Assembly (NCBI GenBank): GCA_050948825.1 | Contig: JBMNEO010000010.1 | Location: forward strand, 52,740-116,739 | Length of the DNA stretch: 64,000 nt | Direction: 5' to 3' | Source: Dethiobacteria bacterium | Lineage (GTDB): Bacteria > Bacillota > Dethiobacteria > DTU022 > UBA8154 | Part shown: piece by piece, positions 28,687 through 38,892 of the stretch | How positions within the stretch are numbered: position 1 is the first letter of the stretch | Layout of the letters: each line of letters starts with the position of its first letter | Program-made: the position numbers and the translations under genes | The notes under the pieces: model-generated | The model's database searches: none | Seen by the model: the letters and a program-made list of their open reading frames with translations, nothing else | Told to the model about the DNA's origin: nothing

Positions 28687-29386
28687 ACTCCTTATAGTGG
28701 CAATTTTTTCCGTTTTGGCCCTGGCATACCAGGATCCCCGGATCCTGGGTATGATCCTGCTTTTGAACCTGTTGACAATTATACTCTTCAGGGTGCCGCT
28801 GCATATTTTTCACGGCTTTAAAGGCTTTATCTTTATGTATGCCGTATTAATGGTTATCCAGAGCTTTTTCGTGAGAGACGGGGAACCGCTGCTCCAGATG
28901 GGTAACATCTACCTTTTAACAACTGATGGAGTTCTTTACGGGATATCCATAATGTTGCGTTTTTTTATACTGGCCGGTTCGGGATTAATATTATTGAATT
29001 GCAACACTGCGGAGTTGATCCTGGCACTGGTCAAATTGCGCATTCCTTACGAGATTGTCTTTATGATACAGTTAGGAATCAGGTTTATTCCGGTATTCAT
29101 GGGCGAACTGCAAAATATCTTTCACGGTATCCAGCTGCGAGGCGTAGACCTGCGCCGGGTATATAAAAGAAAAGTAATCAAAGTATATGTCGGCATTTTC
29201 TCCCCGGTTATCTATAGCGTCTGGCAGAAGGCCGAAAAGCTTTCTATCCTGCTGGAACTTCGCGGCTTTCGCAATTCCTCCACCAGGACATATTACAGAG
29301 ATATATCCCTGGGAAGAATTGATTATGTAATAATGACCCTTTCCTTAATTATCACCGCAGCACTCGTCTACGCAGTGCGACACTAG
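28649..29386 (+). CDS. ecfT: ECF transporter T component
   Basis: DIRTKL, RFIP, two xRG motifs (QLRG, ELRGF); stop codon lies inside a REP-like repeat. Confidence 0.88.
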   Translation: MRLWKMRVDIRTKLLIVAIFSVLALAYQDPRILGMILLLNLLTIILFRVPLHIFHGFKGFIFMYAVLMVIQSFFVRDGEPLLQMGNIYLLTTDGVLYGISIMLRFFILAGSGLILLNCNTAELILALVKLRIPYEIVFMIQLGIRFIPVFMGELQNIFHGIQLRGVDLRRVYKRKVIKVYVGIFSPVIYSVWQKAEKLSILLELRGFRNSSTRTYYRDISLGRIDYVIMTLSLIITAALVYAVRH

Positions 29387-29462
29387 GGACGGTTCTCCCT
29401 GTCGCAAATGCGACAGGGAGAACCGTCCCTAGTGTCGCAGAGAGAACCGGTGCTAGTGTCGC
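29376..29462. repeat. Inverted pair of REP-like palindromes plus partial third
   Basis: TGCGACACTAGGGACGGTTCTCCCTGTCGCA then its reverse complement. Confidence 0.85.
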
Positions 29463-29767
29463 GAGTGTTGCGTACTTTTTTTCTCGCACATGGTATGCTG
29501 CTGTGTTATAATGTTAATGGAAAAGGACAACTCTTACACTTCCGGTTAATTAGTTGCGAGCCCTTAAGCCAGTTTTTTTCCAATTATCTTATCTTGGGCC
29601 GCTTAAGCTGCAGGTCAAGCAGGCCATAATTTTTAGCCATGGGAACGTTTTATGGAGAGGAAGGAACCGTGCTCATGGCATGTTTTGATCACGGGATCCG
29701 GCATGCCCTGACACTGTATAAGTTCCGGTATTGCCTGGCACTGTATTTTAAAATGGGGGGGTATCTT

Positions 29768-32700
29768 ATGTTAAGCAAAGTACGCAGAGTATTTGTAGAA
29801 AAGCGAAAAGGATACAATATTGAAGCCCGCAGCCTCTATGAAGAACTCAAAGAGTACCTGGGAATCAAAGGGCTGGAAGACGTGAGGGTTTTGAACCGCT
29901 ACGATATTTCCGGCATTACGGATGAGGAGTATGCCAGGGCGCGGAATATTATTTTTTCCGAGCCGGCTGTGGATCTGGTTTACGACGAAGTATTTCCGGT
30001 AAACGAAGATGAAAGGGTATTTGCTTTAGAGTATCTCCCGGGTCAGTTTGACCAGCGCGCCGATTCAGCAGCCCAGTGCGTGCAGGTTCTTACCCAGAGG
30101 GAACGTCCGGATATTCTATCCGCTAAAGTGATAATTCTCAAGGGTGATATTACCGACGAAGAATTGGAGAAGGTTAAGGGCTACTGCATCAACCCGATCG
30201 AGTGCCGGGAAGCCTCCCCGGATAAGCGGTCAAGTTTGGCAATGGAAACGGAAACCCCGGATGATGTGCAGATTCTTGAGGGTTTTAACGGGAAGACCCC
30301 GGCCGAATTACAGGCTTTTTCAGATGATCTGGGCCTGGCTATGAGCTTTGATGACCTGGTGTTTTGCCAGGAATATTTCAGGGACAGGGAAAAAAGGGAA
30401 CCCACTATAACGGAGATCAAAGTGATCGATACCTACTGGTCCGATCACTGCCGTCACACTACCTTTTTAACAAAGATTGAAGACGTAAAAATCGAAAAGG
30501 GCCGCTACAGCGAGCCTATTGAGAAGGCTTACGGCGAATACCTTGCCTCCAGGAATCATGTCTATGGTAGCCAGGATAAAGATATCTGCCTGATGGATAT
30601 CGCACTGATGGGGATGAAGGAGCTACGGAAAAAAGGTCTGCTGCAGGATCTGGACGAGTCCGACGAGATCAACGCCTGCAGTATCGTCGTTAATGCTGAA
30701 ATAAACGGTAAAAACGAAGAATGGCTGGTCATGTTCAAGAACGAAACCCATAATCACCCTACAGAAATTGAGCCTTTCGGCGGTGCGGCTACCTGCCTGG
30801 GCGGTGCGATCAGGGATCCGCTCTCCGGCAGATCTTATGTTTATCAGGCGATGCGGGTGACCGGCTGCGCGGATCCCAGGGCAAAGTATGAGGATACCCT
30901 TCCCGGCAAGTTGCCCCAGAGGAGGATCACTACCCTGGCGGCAGCCGGGTATAGCTCCTACGGGAACCAGATCGGCCTGCCGGCCGGCCAGGTTGCGGAG
31001 ATCTACGACCAGGGTTTTCTGGCCAAGAGAATGGAACTCGGTGCTGTAATCGGCGCTGCTCCCAGAGAAAATGTTGTGCGGGAAAAACCCGCCCCGGGCG
31101 ATCTAATTCTGCTGGTGGGCGGGAGAACCGGCCGTGACGGCTGTGGGGGTGCCACCGGATCTTCCAAGGAGCATACGGTTGATTCGCTCTTCACCTGTGA
31201 AGCAGAAGTTCAAAAGGGTAACGCCCCAACAGAGAGAAATCTTCAGAGGCTCTTCAGAGAACCTGCGGTCAGCAGAATGATAAAAAAATGCAACGACTTC
31301 GGCGCCGGTGGCGTTTCGGTAGCTGTCGGCGAGCTGGCCGCCGGCCTGGATATAAACCTGGACGCTGTTCCTAAAAAATATGAGGGACTGGACGGGACGG
31401 AGCTGGCCATTTCAGAATCCCAGGAACGGATGGCTGTGGTAGTGGCGCCCGAGAACCTGGATGCCTTCTCCAGCGCTGCTGCCGGGGAAAACCTGGAGGT
31501 TACCCCCATTGCGAGAGTGACCGCAGGCCGCAGGCTGAAGATTTCCTGGCGAGGCAAGCCCATCGTGGATATCTCCAGGGATTTCCTTGATACTAATGGG
31601 GTTAAGCAAAAAATAAGGGTTGCGGCAGCTTCACCGGTTGAAGAAGAAAACTATTTCGGGTATCTTCCCGATGCGATAAAAAAGCGGCTGCCCGATCTGA
31701 AGGAAGCATGGCTGGCAAATCTAAAAGATCTAAACGTTTGTAGCCAGAAAGGATTGGTGGAAAGATTTGACAGCACCGTCGGCGCCTCTACAGTGCTGCT
31801 GCCTCTGGGAGGAAAGTACCAGACGACGCCTGCCGAAGGGATGGTTGCCAAGTTGCCGGTTCTTTCCGGCGATACCACCACAGCAACAATCATGACCTTT
31901 GGTTACAATCCTGCACTGGCCGGCTGGAGCCCCTTCCACGGCGCGTTCTATGCCGTCATTGAGGCTGTGACCAAAGCGGTAGCACTGGGGGGAGATTACC
32001 GCAGCCTGCGCCTTACCCTCCAGGAATATTTTGAAAAACTGGGCCAGGATCCATCCAGGTGGGGCAAACCCTTCAGCGCCCTGCTGGGAGCTTTTTATGC
32101 CCAGAAGAAGCTGGGCATCCCGGCTATCGGCGGAAAGGACAGTATGTCCGGCACTTTTATGGACCTGCATGTGCCGCCCACGCTCGTTGCTTTTGCGGTG
32201 GGCGTGGTTGACGCGGAACGTGTCGTATCCGGGGAATTCAAGCGTCCGGGCAGCAAGGTTGTGCTGCTTCCCGTAACCAGGGATGAAAAAGCAATGCCCG
32301 ATTTTAACAAGCTGGAGCGCAATTTTGCTAAAGTTGCCGAACTGATAAACTCGGGGGCAGTGCTTTCCTCCTGCAGCGTAAGGATCGGGGGGCTGGCGGC
32401 GGCGGTTTCCAAAATGGCCTTCGGTAACCGCATCGGAATGAGTTTTGCCTCTACCGTTGCTGATGGCGATCCGGCCTCCCTTTTTCGTGCCGACTATGGC
32501 TCCCTCATTTTAGAGCTGGATGGGCAAGCGGATCTGGAGGAGACTTTTGGTGATGTCGATTACCGCCTGCTCGGTTACACCGCGGAAAAGCCGGCAATCA
32601 CCCTGCATGGTGTCGAGATCGGTCTTGAAGAAGCATGTGCGGCCTGGGACGAACCCCTGTCGGGGATCTTTCCAACTAAGGCGGCATCCCTTCCGGATGA

Positions 32701-33556
32701 GCCCCGGGAGATAACATATACGGCAAGAAATAAGCAGAGGCCAAAAATCAAGAAGACCAGGCCGCTGGTGTTTATGCCCGTATTTCCGGGGACGAACTGC
32801 GAATATGATCTGGCCGGAGCTTTTCAGCGGGCAGGCGGGGATGTAGACGCACTGGTAATAAAAAATCTTACCCCGGCGGATGTGGATGAATCCATTCGTG
32901 AAATGGCCAGGAGAATCGAAAAGGCGCAGATCGTTGCAATTCCCGGTGGGTCTAGCGCCGGCGATGAGCCGGACGGTTCTGGAAAATTTATCGCCGTCAT
33001 CTTCAGGAACCCCCTGATCAGTGAAGCGGTGATGAAACTCTTGAAGGAGCGGGACGGGCTGATGCTGGGTATCTGTAACGGCTTTCAGGCTCTGATCAAA
33101 CTGGGCCTGGTTCCTTACGGGGAAATAGTCGAGAGGACTCCGGACAGCCCTGCCCTCACATTTAACCGTATTGGCCACCACATTTCCCGCCAGGTGCGCA
33201 CGAAAGTGGTCTCCACCCTTTCCCCCTGGTTCAGCAACGTGGAAGCTGGGGCGGTCCATACCCTCGCCGTTTCTCATGGAGAAGGAAGGTTTGTGGCATC
33301 TGAGGCGTTGATAAAAAAACTAATCCAAAACGGTCAGATTTGCACCCAGTATGTTGATTTTGACGGAAGGCCGAGCAGCGACATACATTTCAATCCCAAC
33401 GGCTCGGATGAGGCGGTAGAGGGCATTACCAGCCCAGACGGGCGGGTGCTGGGCAAAATGGCCCATTCCGAAAGAATCGGTCGCTATGTTGCCGTCAATG
33501 TTCCCGGGGAAAAAGACCAGCGCATCTTTGAGGCTGGCATAAATTACTTCCGGTAG
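29768..33556 (+). CDS. purL: Phosphoribosylformylglycinamidine synthase, single-chain clostridial type
   Basis: WSDHCRH, ETHNHPT, DFGAGG, SESQER, FPGTNCE, GICNGFQ, SHGEG; SD GGGGGG before ATG 29768. Confidence 0.95.
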   Translation: MLSKVRRVFVEKRKGYNIEARSLYEELKEYLGIKGLEDVRVLNRYDISGITDEEYARARNIIFSEPAVDLVYDEVFPVNEDERVFALEYLPGQFDQRADSAAQCVQVLTQRERPDILSAKVIILKGDITDEELEKVKGYCINPIECREASPDKRSSLAMETETPDDVQILEGFNGKTPAELQAFSDDLGLAMSFDDLVFCQEYFRDREKREPTITEIKVIDTYWSDHCRHTTFLTKIEDVKIEKGRYSEPIEKAYGEYLASRNHVYGSQDKDICLMDIALMGMKELRKKGLLQDLDESDEINACSIVVNAEINGKNEEWLVMFKNETHNHPTEIEPFGGAATCLGGAIRDPLSGRSYVYQAMRVTGCADPRAKYEDTLPGKLPQRRITTLAAAGYSSYGNQIGLPAGQVAEIYDQGFLAKRMELGAVIGAAPRENVVREKPAPGDLILLVGGRTGRDGCGGATGSSKEHTVDSLFTCEAEVQKGNAPTERNLQRLFREPAVSRMIKKCNDFGAGGVSVAVGELAAGLDINLDAVPKKYEGLDGTELAISESQERMAVVVAPENLDAFSSAAAGENLEVTPIARVTAGRRLKISWRGKPIVDISRDFLDTNGVKQKIRVAAASPVEEENYFGYLPDAIKKRLPDLKEAWLANLKDLNVCSQKGLVERFDSTVGASTVLLPLGGKYQTTPAEGMVAKLPVLSGDTTTATIMTFGYNPALAGWSPFHGAFYAVIEAVTKAVALGGDYRSLRLTLQEYFEKLGQDPSRWGKPFSALLGAFYAQKKLGIPAIGGKDSMSGTFMDLHVPPTLVAFAVGVVDAERVVSGEFKRPGSKVVLLPVTRDEKAMPDFNKLERNFAKVAELINSGAVLSSCSVRIGGLAAAVSKMAFGNRIGMSFASTVADGDPASLFRADYGSLILELDGQADLEETFGDVDYRLLGYTAEKPAITLHGVEIGLEEACAAWDEPLSGIFPTKAASLPDEPREITYTARNKQRPKIKKTRPLVFMPVFPGTNCEYDLAGAFQRAGGDVDALVIKNLTPADVDESIREMARRIEKAQIVAIPGGSSAGDEPDGSGKFIAVIFRNPLISEAVMKLLKERDGLMLGICNGFQALIKLGLVPYGEIVERTPDSPALTFNRIGHHISRQVRTKVVSTLSPWFSNVEAGAVHTLAVSHGEGRFVASEALIKKLIQNGQICTQYVDFDGRPSSDIHFNPNGSDEAVEGITSPDGRVLGKMAHSERIGRYVAVNVPGEKDQRIFEAGINYFR

Positions 33557-33782
33557 GAATTGCTATTTCTCGTGCGTTTAGACGGCGTTTGCTCAAGCCT
33601 AAATCTTTTGCGGTTTACTGATTGTCATCTTTTTTCAAGCAGGCAATGGGCAACGTAAAATTTCTTCCGTTCATCCAGTGTCATTGATAATTCATCCTTT
33701 AGTTTTTTACTAGGTGACATTTTCCCTGAAATATTTCAAAGTGGCTTTTCAACAGATTAAACACACCTAATTTTCTGGAGCC

Positions 33783-33811
33783 TTGCAAAAAGGACCGGTT
33801 TGGGTTAAAAT
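33783..33811 (+). promoter_or_regulatory. SigA-type promoter of tRNA-Ser/SRP RNA
   Basis: TTGCAA-N17-TAAAAT. Confidence 0.6.
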
Positions 33812-33857
33812 AAAGAAGTAGTTTGTAGAATAATTAAGTGTTAAAATGGAGCCCTGC

Positions 33858-33950
33858 GGAGAGATGGCTGAGTTGGACGAAGGCGCTCGCCTGGAAAGCG
33901 AGTAGACGGCGAACACCGTCTCGAGGGTTCGAATCCCTCTCTCTCCGCCA
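33858..33950 (+). tRNA. tRNA-Ser(GGA)
   Basis: Anticodon loop CT-GGA-AA, long variable arm, 3' GCCA. Confidence 0.95.
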
Positions 33951-33987
33951 TTTTTTTCTTTTCTCTTAATGTGATGCCAATAAATTT

Positions 33988-34257
33988 GGTCGTGCTAGAT
34001 GGGGAGGTAGCGGTGCCCTGAACCTGCAACCCGCTAAAGCAGGATTGAATTCCTACCCCCGGCCCTTAGCTTTACAGGGTCTGCCTCCGGTAAGTGGTGA
34101 AGAAGCCCTGGTCCTGTGCGGCATAAGCCCATAAACCCCGTCAGGTCCGGGAGGAAGCAGCGGTAAGTGGTGACTTGTGGGTGCCACAGGGGCGCTGGGG
34201 CTGAGCAAACTGCCGGAGTTCCGCCTGGGGGGCGGGGTCAAAGGTAGGTGCACGACC
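33988..34257 (+). ncRNA. ffs: Large bacterial SRP RNA
   Basis: Helix 8 TCAGGTCCGGGAGGAAGCAGC, Alu-like 5' domain, paired ends GGTCGTGC/GCACGACC, upstream of dnaX. Confidence 0.95.
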
Positions 34258-34593
34258 ATTAATATTAAATTACTGTAAAGCAGTAAGAAACCGGGAACCA
34301 GAACACTTCAGAAATTCGTTTCAGCTACTAAGGTCGATTATTATGATTCATTATATGAAGAATAGAATATAGATTTCTGGTTCCCTGGTTCCTGAATACA
34401 CGAATACACATATATCAAGTAAATGTTCAATTACAAAGTAAATGTTCCATATATTCATATATATTAAGATTAAACATCGTTGTTTGAAAAACCGCCAAGC
34501 CAGGGCAGACGCCCTTCCGTGTCGCTGGCGGTTTTTTAGAACAAAGTCGATTCATAGAGCGGGTACATCATATTAGGAAGCGGGGTTATTTCA

Positions 34594-36672
34594 TTGTCCT
34601 CCCAAAGCCCTGGAAATACAGCATACAAAGCACTGTACCGCAGCTGGCGGCCGCAGTTCTTCTCCGAAGTTGTGGGACAGGAGCATGTTGTCCGCACGCT
34701 GCAGAACGCCCTTGCAGCGGGGCGTGTAGCTCACGCTTACCTTTTTTGCGGCCTCAGGGGCACCGGGAAAACAACGATGGCCAAACTGCTGGCCAAGGCT
34801 CTCAACTGCCTGGAGGGGATTAACCCGGAGCCCTGTGGCAGATGCCGTTCCTGCCAGGAGGTCATGGACGGCCGTAATATGGATGTGCTGGAGATCGATG
34901 CTGCTTCCAACCGCGGGATAGACGAGATTCGCGATCTGCGGGACAAGGCCCGCTATGCTGCAGCGCAGAACAGGTTCAAGGTTTATATCATAGATGAAGT
35001 GCACATGCTCACTAATGAGGCGTTTAACGCCCTGCTAAAAATCCTCGAAGAGCCGCCGCCGGGTGTGGTTTTCATCCTGGCCACTACCGAAGTATACAAA
35101 CTTCCCCTGACGGTTGTTTCACGCTGCCAGCGTTTTGACTTTCATCTGCTGGAAGGTAAACAGGTTGTGGGGCGCCTCCAGGAGGTTGCCCGCGGGATGG
35201 ATTTTACCGTCGGGGAGGAAACCCTCTATCTGCTGGCGCGCCAGGCAGAGGGATCGATGCGGGATGCGCTTGGCTTTCTGGAACAGTGCAAGGCTTATGG
35301 CGGTGAAAAGGTTAGCTACAGCGAAGCGCTGGAGATTCTCGGTCTTACCGCGCCGGAGGCAATCTACAATTTGTTACAGGCGGTTGTTGAAGGAGATAAC
35401 CTTTCGGGGCTGGTTGCAATCGATGAGGTGGTGAGCAAGGGCAAGGATTTGCAGCGCTTTTTGCGGGAGATGACCCTGTACCTGCGCCGGCTGGTTCTAC
35501 TTCAGTCCGGCAGCGATGAAGAAAAGACCCTTCATGATGTGCCCGGTTTAAAGCCCTACCTGCTCAGGCATAAGGATAAATTTAATGACTTCGTTTTACT
35601 GGAGATGCTTGAGATCCTGCAGGACCTCAGCGGCAAGCTCAGGAATTCGTCACAGCCTTCGTTTCTCCTGGAACTGGCTTTCTTGCGTCTGGTGCGGGCC
35701 TACCGCTTTCGCGATTATCTTTCTCCGGAGTCGCTTCTAAGCCGCCTGGAAGAGCTGGAAGAAAAGCTCCAAACAGCCGGTCTGGGAGGGCTAAATGCTG
35801 GAAGCGGAGTTGAAAAGCAGGTTTTGGGGAAAGAAAAGCCGGCTACCCGGTCCGAAAAGGTTGCTACTGCAATTAACGATTCTGTCCCCGATGAAACACT
35901 GCCGCCGGCCGCCGGAAAAGCACCGGCAGGAAAGGAAGCAGCTTCAGGATTGGGGAAGGCAGCAGCCCCGGAAGGGGACGCGGATCCCTTAAAAGGAAAT
36001 GCTCATTCTTTTGCGAATGCTTATTCTCCTGCGGGCGGCTCCGGCAAAATTGAAATTAAGGAACCGGAACGGGAACCGGACCGAGAAGTTGATGTAGAAC
36101 AGCTGAGAGAAATATGGGATAATAAGCTGTTGCCGGAGATAAAAAAACAGCACAAGCATAATGTTTATGCCCTGCTGCAGGACGGCCGCCCTTTTTCCTG
36201 CAAAAAGGGAATCTTTACCATCTGCTTGCCTCCGGGATATAGCTTTCATAAGGGAAGAATAGAATCAACCCGTAATAAAAAATATATAGAATCTATGCTG
36301 AAAAACCTGCTCGGTTATGCTGTGGATTTGAGGGTTATTATGCAGGAAATGCCTGGAGATAATGGCAACAAGTTTGGCCCGCAAGAAGAAATCATACATG
36401 AAGAAATCATACATGAAGGAATTACACGAGAAGTAAATGCGGAAGAAAACACAGCAGGGAAAAACGCCCAACCGCTGAATGGCAGCGGCGTGGGCGGCGA
36501 GGCCGGGGGCGGGGCCGGGGGCGTCCAATCAAGCGGGGATAATGATAATTTTATCCGGGAGATGCTTGAGCTTTTCAATGGCAAGCTCATTGAAACTGGC
36601 GGGAATGAACTTAAATCCCGCGATTTCTGGTCCTTTAGTATTGATTCCGTACCTGAAGAAACGGATGAATAA
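34594..36672 (+). CDS. dnaX: DNA polymerase III gamma/tau
   Basis: ALYR.WRP, GLRGTGKT, EIDAASN, IIDEVHML, SRCQRF; long low-complexity C-terminal region. Confidence 0.95.
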   Translation: MSSQSPGNTAYKALYRSWRPQFFSEVVGQEHVVRTLQNALAAGRVAHAYLFCGLRGTGKTTMAKLLAKALNCLEGINPEPCGRCRSCQEVMDGRNMDVLEIDAASNRGIDEIRDLRDKARYAAAQNRFKVYIIDEVHMLTNEAFNALLKILEEPPPGVVFILATTEVYKLPLTVVSRCQRFDFHLLEGKQVVGRLQEVARGMDFTVGEETLYLLARQAEGSMRDALGFLEQCKAYGGEKVSYSEALEILGLTAPEAIYNLLQAVVEGDNLSGLVAIDEVVSKGKDLQRFLREMTLYLRRLVLLQSGSDEEKTLHDVPGLKPYLLRHKDKFNDFVLLEMLEILQDLSGKLRNSSQPSFLLELAFLRLVRAYRFRDYLSPESLLSRLEELEEKLQTAGLGGLNAGSGVEKQVLGKEKPATRSEKVATAINDSVPDETLPPAAGKAPAGKEAASGLGKAAAPEGDADPLKGNAHSFANAYSPAGGSGKIEIKEPEREPDREVDVEQLREIWDNKLLPEIKKQHKHNVYALLQDGRPFSCKKGIFTICLPPGYSFHKGRIESTRNKKYIESMLKNLLGYAVDLRVIMQEMPGDNGNKFGPQEEIIHEEIIHEGITREVNAEENTAGKNAQPLNGSGVGGEAGGGAGGVQSSGDNDNFIREMLELFNGKLIETGGNELKSRDFWSFSIDSVPEETDE

Positions 36673-36702
36673 GAACACCGGTGATGAAAGGAGATAGAAA
36701 AA

Positions 36703-37023
36703 ATGGCAAACGGTAAAATGGGCAAGATGCTCAAACAGATGCAAAAAGTTCAGGCAGAAATGCTAAAGATGCAGGAAGACCTTGCTAAACGCACTGTAGA
36801 GTCTACCAGCGGGGGTGGAGCGGTGCGCGCCGTGGTCAGCGGTTCTAAGGAACTGGTTGAGCTACAGATTGATCCCGAGATCCTCAAGGACGAAGAGGCG
36901 GAGATGATCCAGGATCTTGTGATTAGCGCGGTTAACGAAGCTCTTCGCCAAGCCGATAAAATGGTCAACACAGAAATGCAGAAAATTGCCGGCATGCCGG
37001 GTCTGCCAAAAGATTTATTCTAA
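36703..37023 (+). CDS. ybaB: YbaB/EbfC nucleoid-associated protein
   Basis: SGGGAV, DLVISAVNEA; between dnaX and recR. Confidence 0.93.
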   Translation: MANGKMGKMLKQMQKVQAEMLKMQEDLAKRTVESTSGGGAVRAVVSGSKELVELQIDPEILKDEEAEMIQDLVISAVNEALRQADKMVNTEMQKIAGMPGLPKDLF

Positions 37024-37055
37024 ACCGGCCATTTTTCAGGAAAGTTGGTAAATAT

Positions 37056-37652
37056 ATGCTTTTTTCTCCCTCAATTACAAGATTGGTTGAAGTTTTTCGA
37101 CGCCTGCCTGGCATTGGGCCTAAAACGGCCCTGCGCCTGACTTTTTTTGTTTTAACGATGAAAAATGAAGAAGTGCAGGAGATGGCCCGTGCTTTAGTGG
37201 AAGCCAAGAAGCGGGTAAGGTATTGTAGCCGCTGCCGGAACCTTACTGAAGATGAGCTTTGCCCTGTCTGCAGGGACGAGCGTCGCGATAAAGCCCTGCT
37301 CTGTGTGGTTCAGGAACCGCGGGATATGATGGTTATTGAAAAAACGGGGCAGTTCAAAGGCAGGTATTTTATCCTTCACGGGGCTCTCTCCCCGGTGGAA
37401 GGGATCGGCCCCGACGAACTGATGATTCCGCAGCTCCTGCGGCTTATAAAGGATAAAAGGATCGAAGAGGTCGTTATCGCCACCAATCCCAACGTCGAGG
37501 GCGACGCCACGGCCTATTATATCGCCGGGGCCGCAAAGCCTCTGGGGATCAGGGTAACGCGCATCGGTTTCGGTCTTCCGGTGGGCGGGGATCTGGAATA
37601 TGCCGACGAACTGACAATGACCCGCGCCCTGGAGAGCAGAAGAGAGATGTAG
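37056..37652 (+). CDS. recR: Recombination protein RecR
   Basis: LPGIGPKTA HhH, C4 zinc finger, NPNVEGDAT, GLPVGGDLEY. Confidence 0.96.
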   Translation: MLFSPSITRLVEVFRRLPGIGPKTALRLTFFVLTMKNEEVQEMARALVEAKKRVRYCSRCRNLTEDELCPVCRDERRDKALLCVVQEPRDMMVIEKTGQFKGRYFILHGALSPVEGIGPDELMIPQLLRLIKDKRIEEVVIATNPNVEGDATAYYIAGAAKPLGIRVTRIGFGLPVGGDLEYADELTMTRALESRREM

Positions 37653-37957
37653 GGGACGGTTCTTGACTTGCCTGTTAAAATATAGTATTAATTTGTAGTA
37701 TATGGATAAAGATAGCCAAATGGAGTGATTCAACAAATACAGAGAACTAAGGAAATACACTTCATTGAAGTTAAAGGAAACAGGGGATCTTTTAGGAGGA
37801 TTAATTGAATCTCGAGTATCGAGTAAGCAGGATTAAAAAAACTAAAGAGCAAGGGCAAGGGCAAGAACAAGAACCGTCCCTAGCTTGCCCGAACCTAGCT
37901 TGCCCGAAAAAGGCAAGAGCAAGAACCGTCCCCGACTTGCGCGTCCCCGACTTGCGC
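37650..37957. repeat. REP-like repeats, GCAAG/CTTGC-arm variant (37650-37672 and 37848-37957)
   Basis: Same GGGACGGTTCT core with different arms and slippage duplications. Confidence 0.75.
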
Positions 37958-38796
37958 TACGTATAGTTCATTACCAGCACCTCATCAATTCCCCCCCGCC
38001 TTTCGGCTTTTGAATTTATTGCCCTCTTGGCTGTAATTATTTCTATCCGGTAATCCCTGTAAAGGTTTTTTATAAAATCTGTAGCCGAGTTGGAGAGAAG
38101 GAACTTTATGCCCTTCTCGTTCAACTTGTCACATGCTTTTTTTAACCTTATTTGTTCATCCCGGTCAAATCCACCTTTTACATAACCGGTAAAGCTCGAG
38201 GTATCTGAAACCGGGTAATAGGGAGGATCAAGGTAAACAAATGCCCCTTTCCCCGCTTCTTTTAAAACTTCCCCAAAATCCCTGCAGGTAAAAGTAACCC
38301 TGGCCTGACAAAAATAATTGCTCACTGCTTTTAAAGCTGTTTCGTTGACAATATTTGGGTTTTTGTAATTCCCAAAAGGTGTGTTAAATTCCCCGGACTT
38401 GTTAACCCTGAATAATCCATTGTAGCAGGTCTTATTTAAATAAATAATCCTTGATGCTCTTTGGACTGGCGTAAGCTTACCATACTTATCCTTATTGCGG
38501 TCAAGCTCTCGTATCTTATAATAATAGTCTTTCTCGTTCCTATGTTGCTTCAGCTCCTCGATTAGCTCCTCAACGTTATCCTTTATAACCTTATAAAGGT
38601 TTATTAGCTCGCTGTTGATGTCATTAACAACTGCCTCTTCCGGTTGTAGCGCGAATAAAACTGCCCCGCCGCCGAGGAAAGGCTCGTAATAGATTGAGTA
38701 ATCCGGGACGTATTTTGTTATTTGGTCTATTACTTGTCGTTTTCCGCCGGCCCATTTTACTACAGGTGCCACCAATTTATTTATTACCATGATCAT
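37957..38796 (-). CDS. dam: DNA adenine methyltransferase (Dam/DpnM family), no cognate nuclease seen
   Basis: KWAGGK, EPFLGGG, NDIN, GLFRVN, YLDPPY, LSNS. Confidence 0.92.
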   Translation of the reverse strand: MIMVINKLVAPVVKWAGGKRQVIDQITKYVPDYSIYYEPFLGGGAVLFALQPEEAVVNDINSELINLYKVIKDNVEELIEELKQHRNEKDYYYKIRELDRNKDKYGKLTPVQRASRIIYLNKTCYNGLFRVNKSGEFNTPFGNYKNPNIVNETALKAVSNYFCQARVTFTCRDFGEVLKEAGKGAFVYLDPPYYPVSDTSSFTGYVKGGFDRDEQIRLKKACDKLNEKGIKFLLSNSATDFIKNLYRDYRIEIITAKRAINSKAERRGGIDEVLVMNYT

Positions 38797-38892
38797 CCCT
38801 TTTTAATTCATAAAAATTACTAGATTGTTTGTGTTTAAACCAATGTTTTGCGAAATCCTCGTCAACTCTTTTTGATACAGAGTTGTTAATTA

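Noticed and set aside
18542-33857. Intact genomic island or prophage between tRNA-Ser genes
   Set aside because: No integrase or phage genes and no partial tRNA att duplication seen; both flanking tRNAs are complete, different isoacceptors
34477-34552. Imperfect inverted repeat upstream of dnaX as a MITE
   Set aside because: Single copy in the window; equally explained as a terminator-like hairpin (ACCGCCA/TGGCGGT plus T-run) after the SRP RNA
34594-36672. Programmed -1 frameshift in dnaX
   Set aside because: No A-AAA-AAG site with upstream SD and downstream hairpin identified by eye
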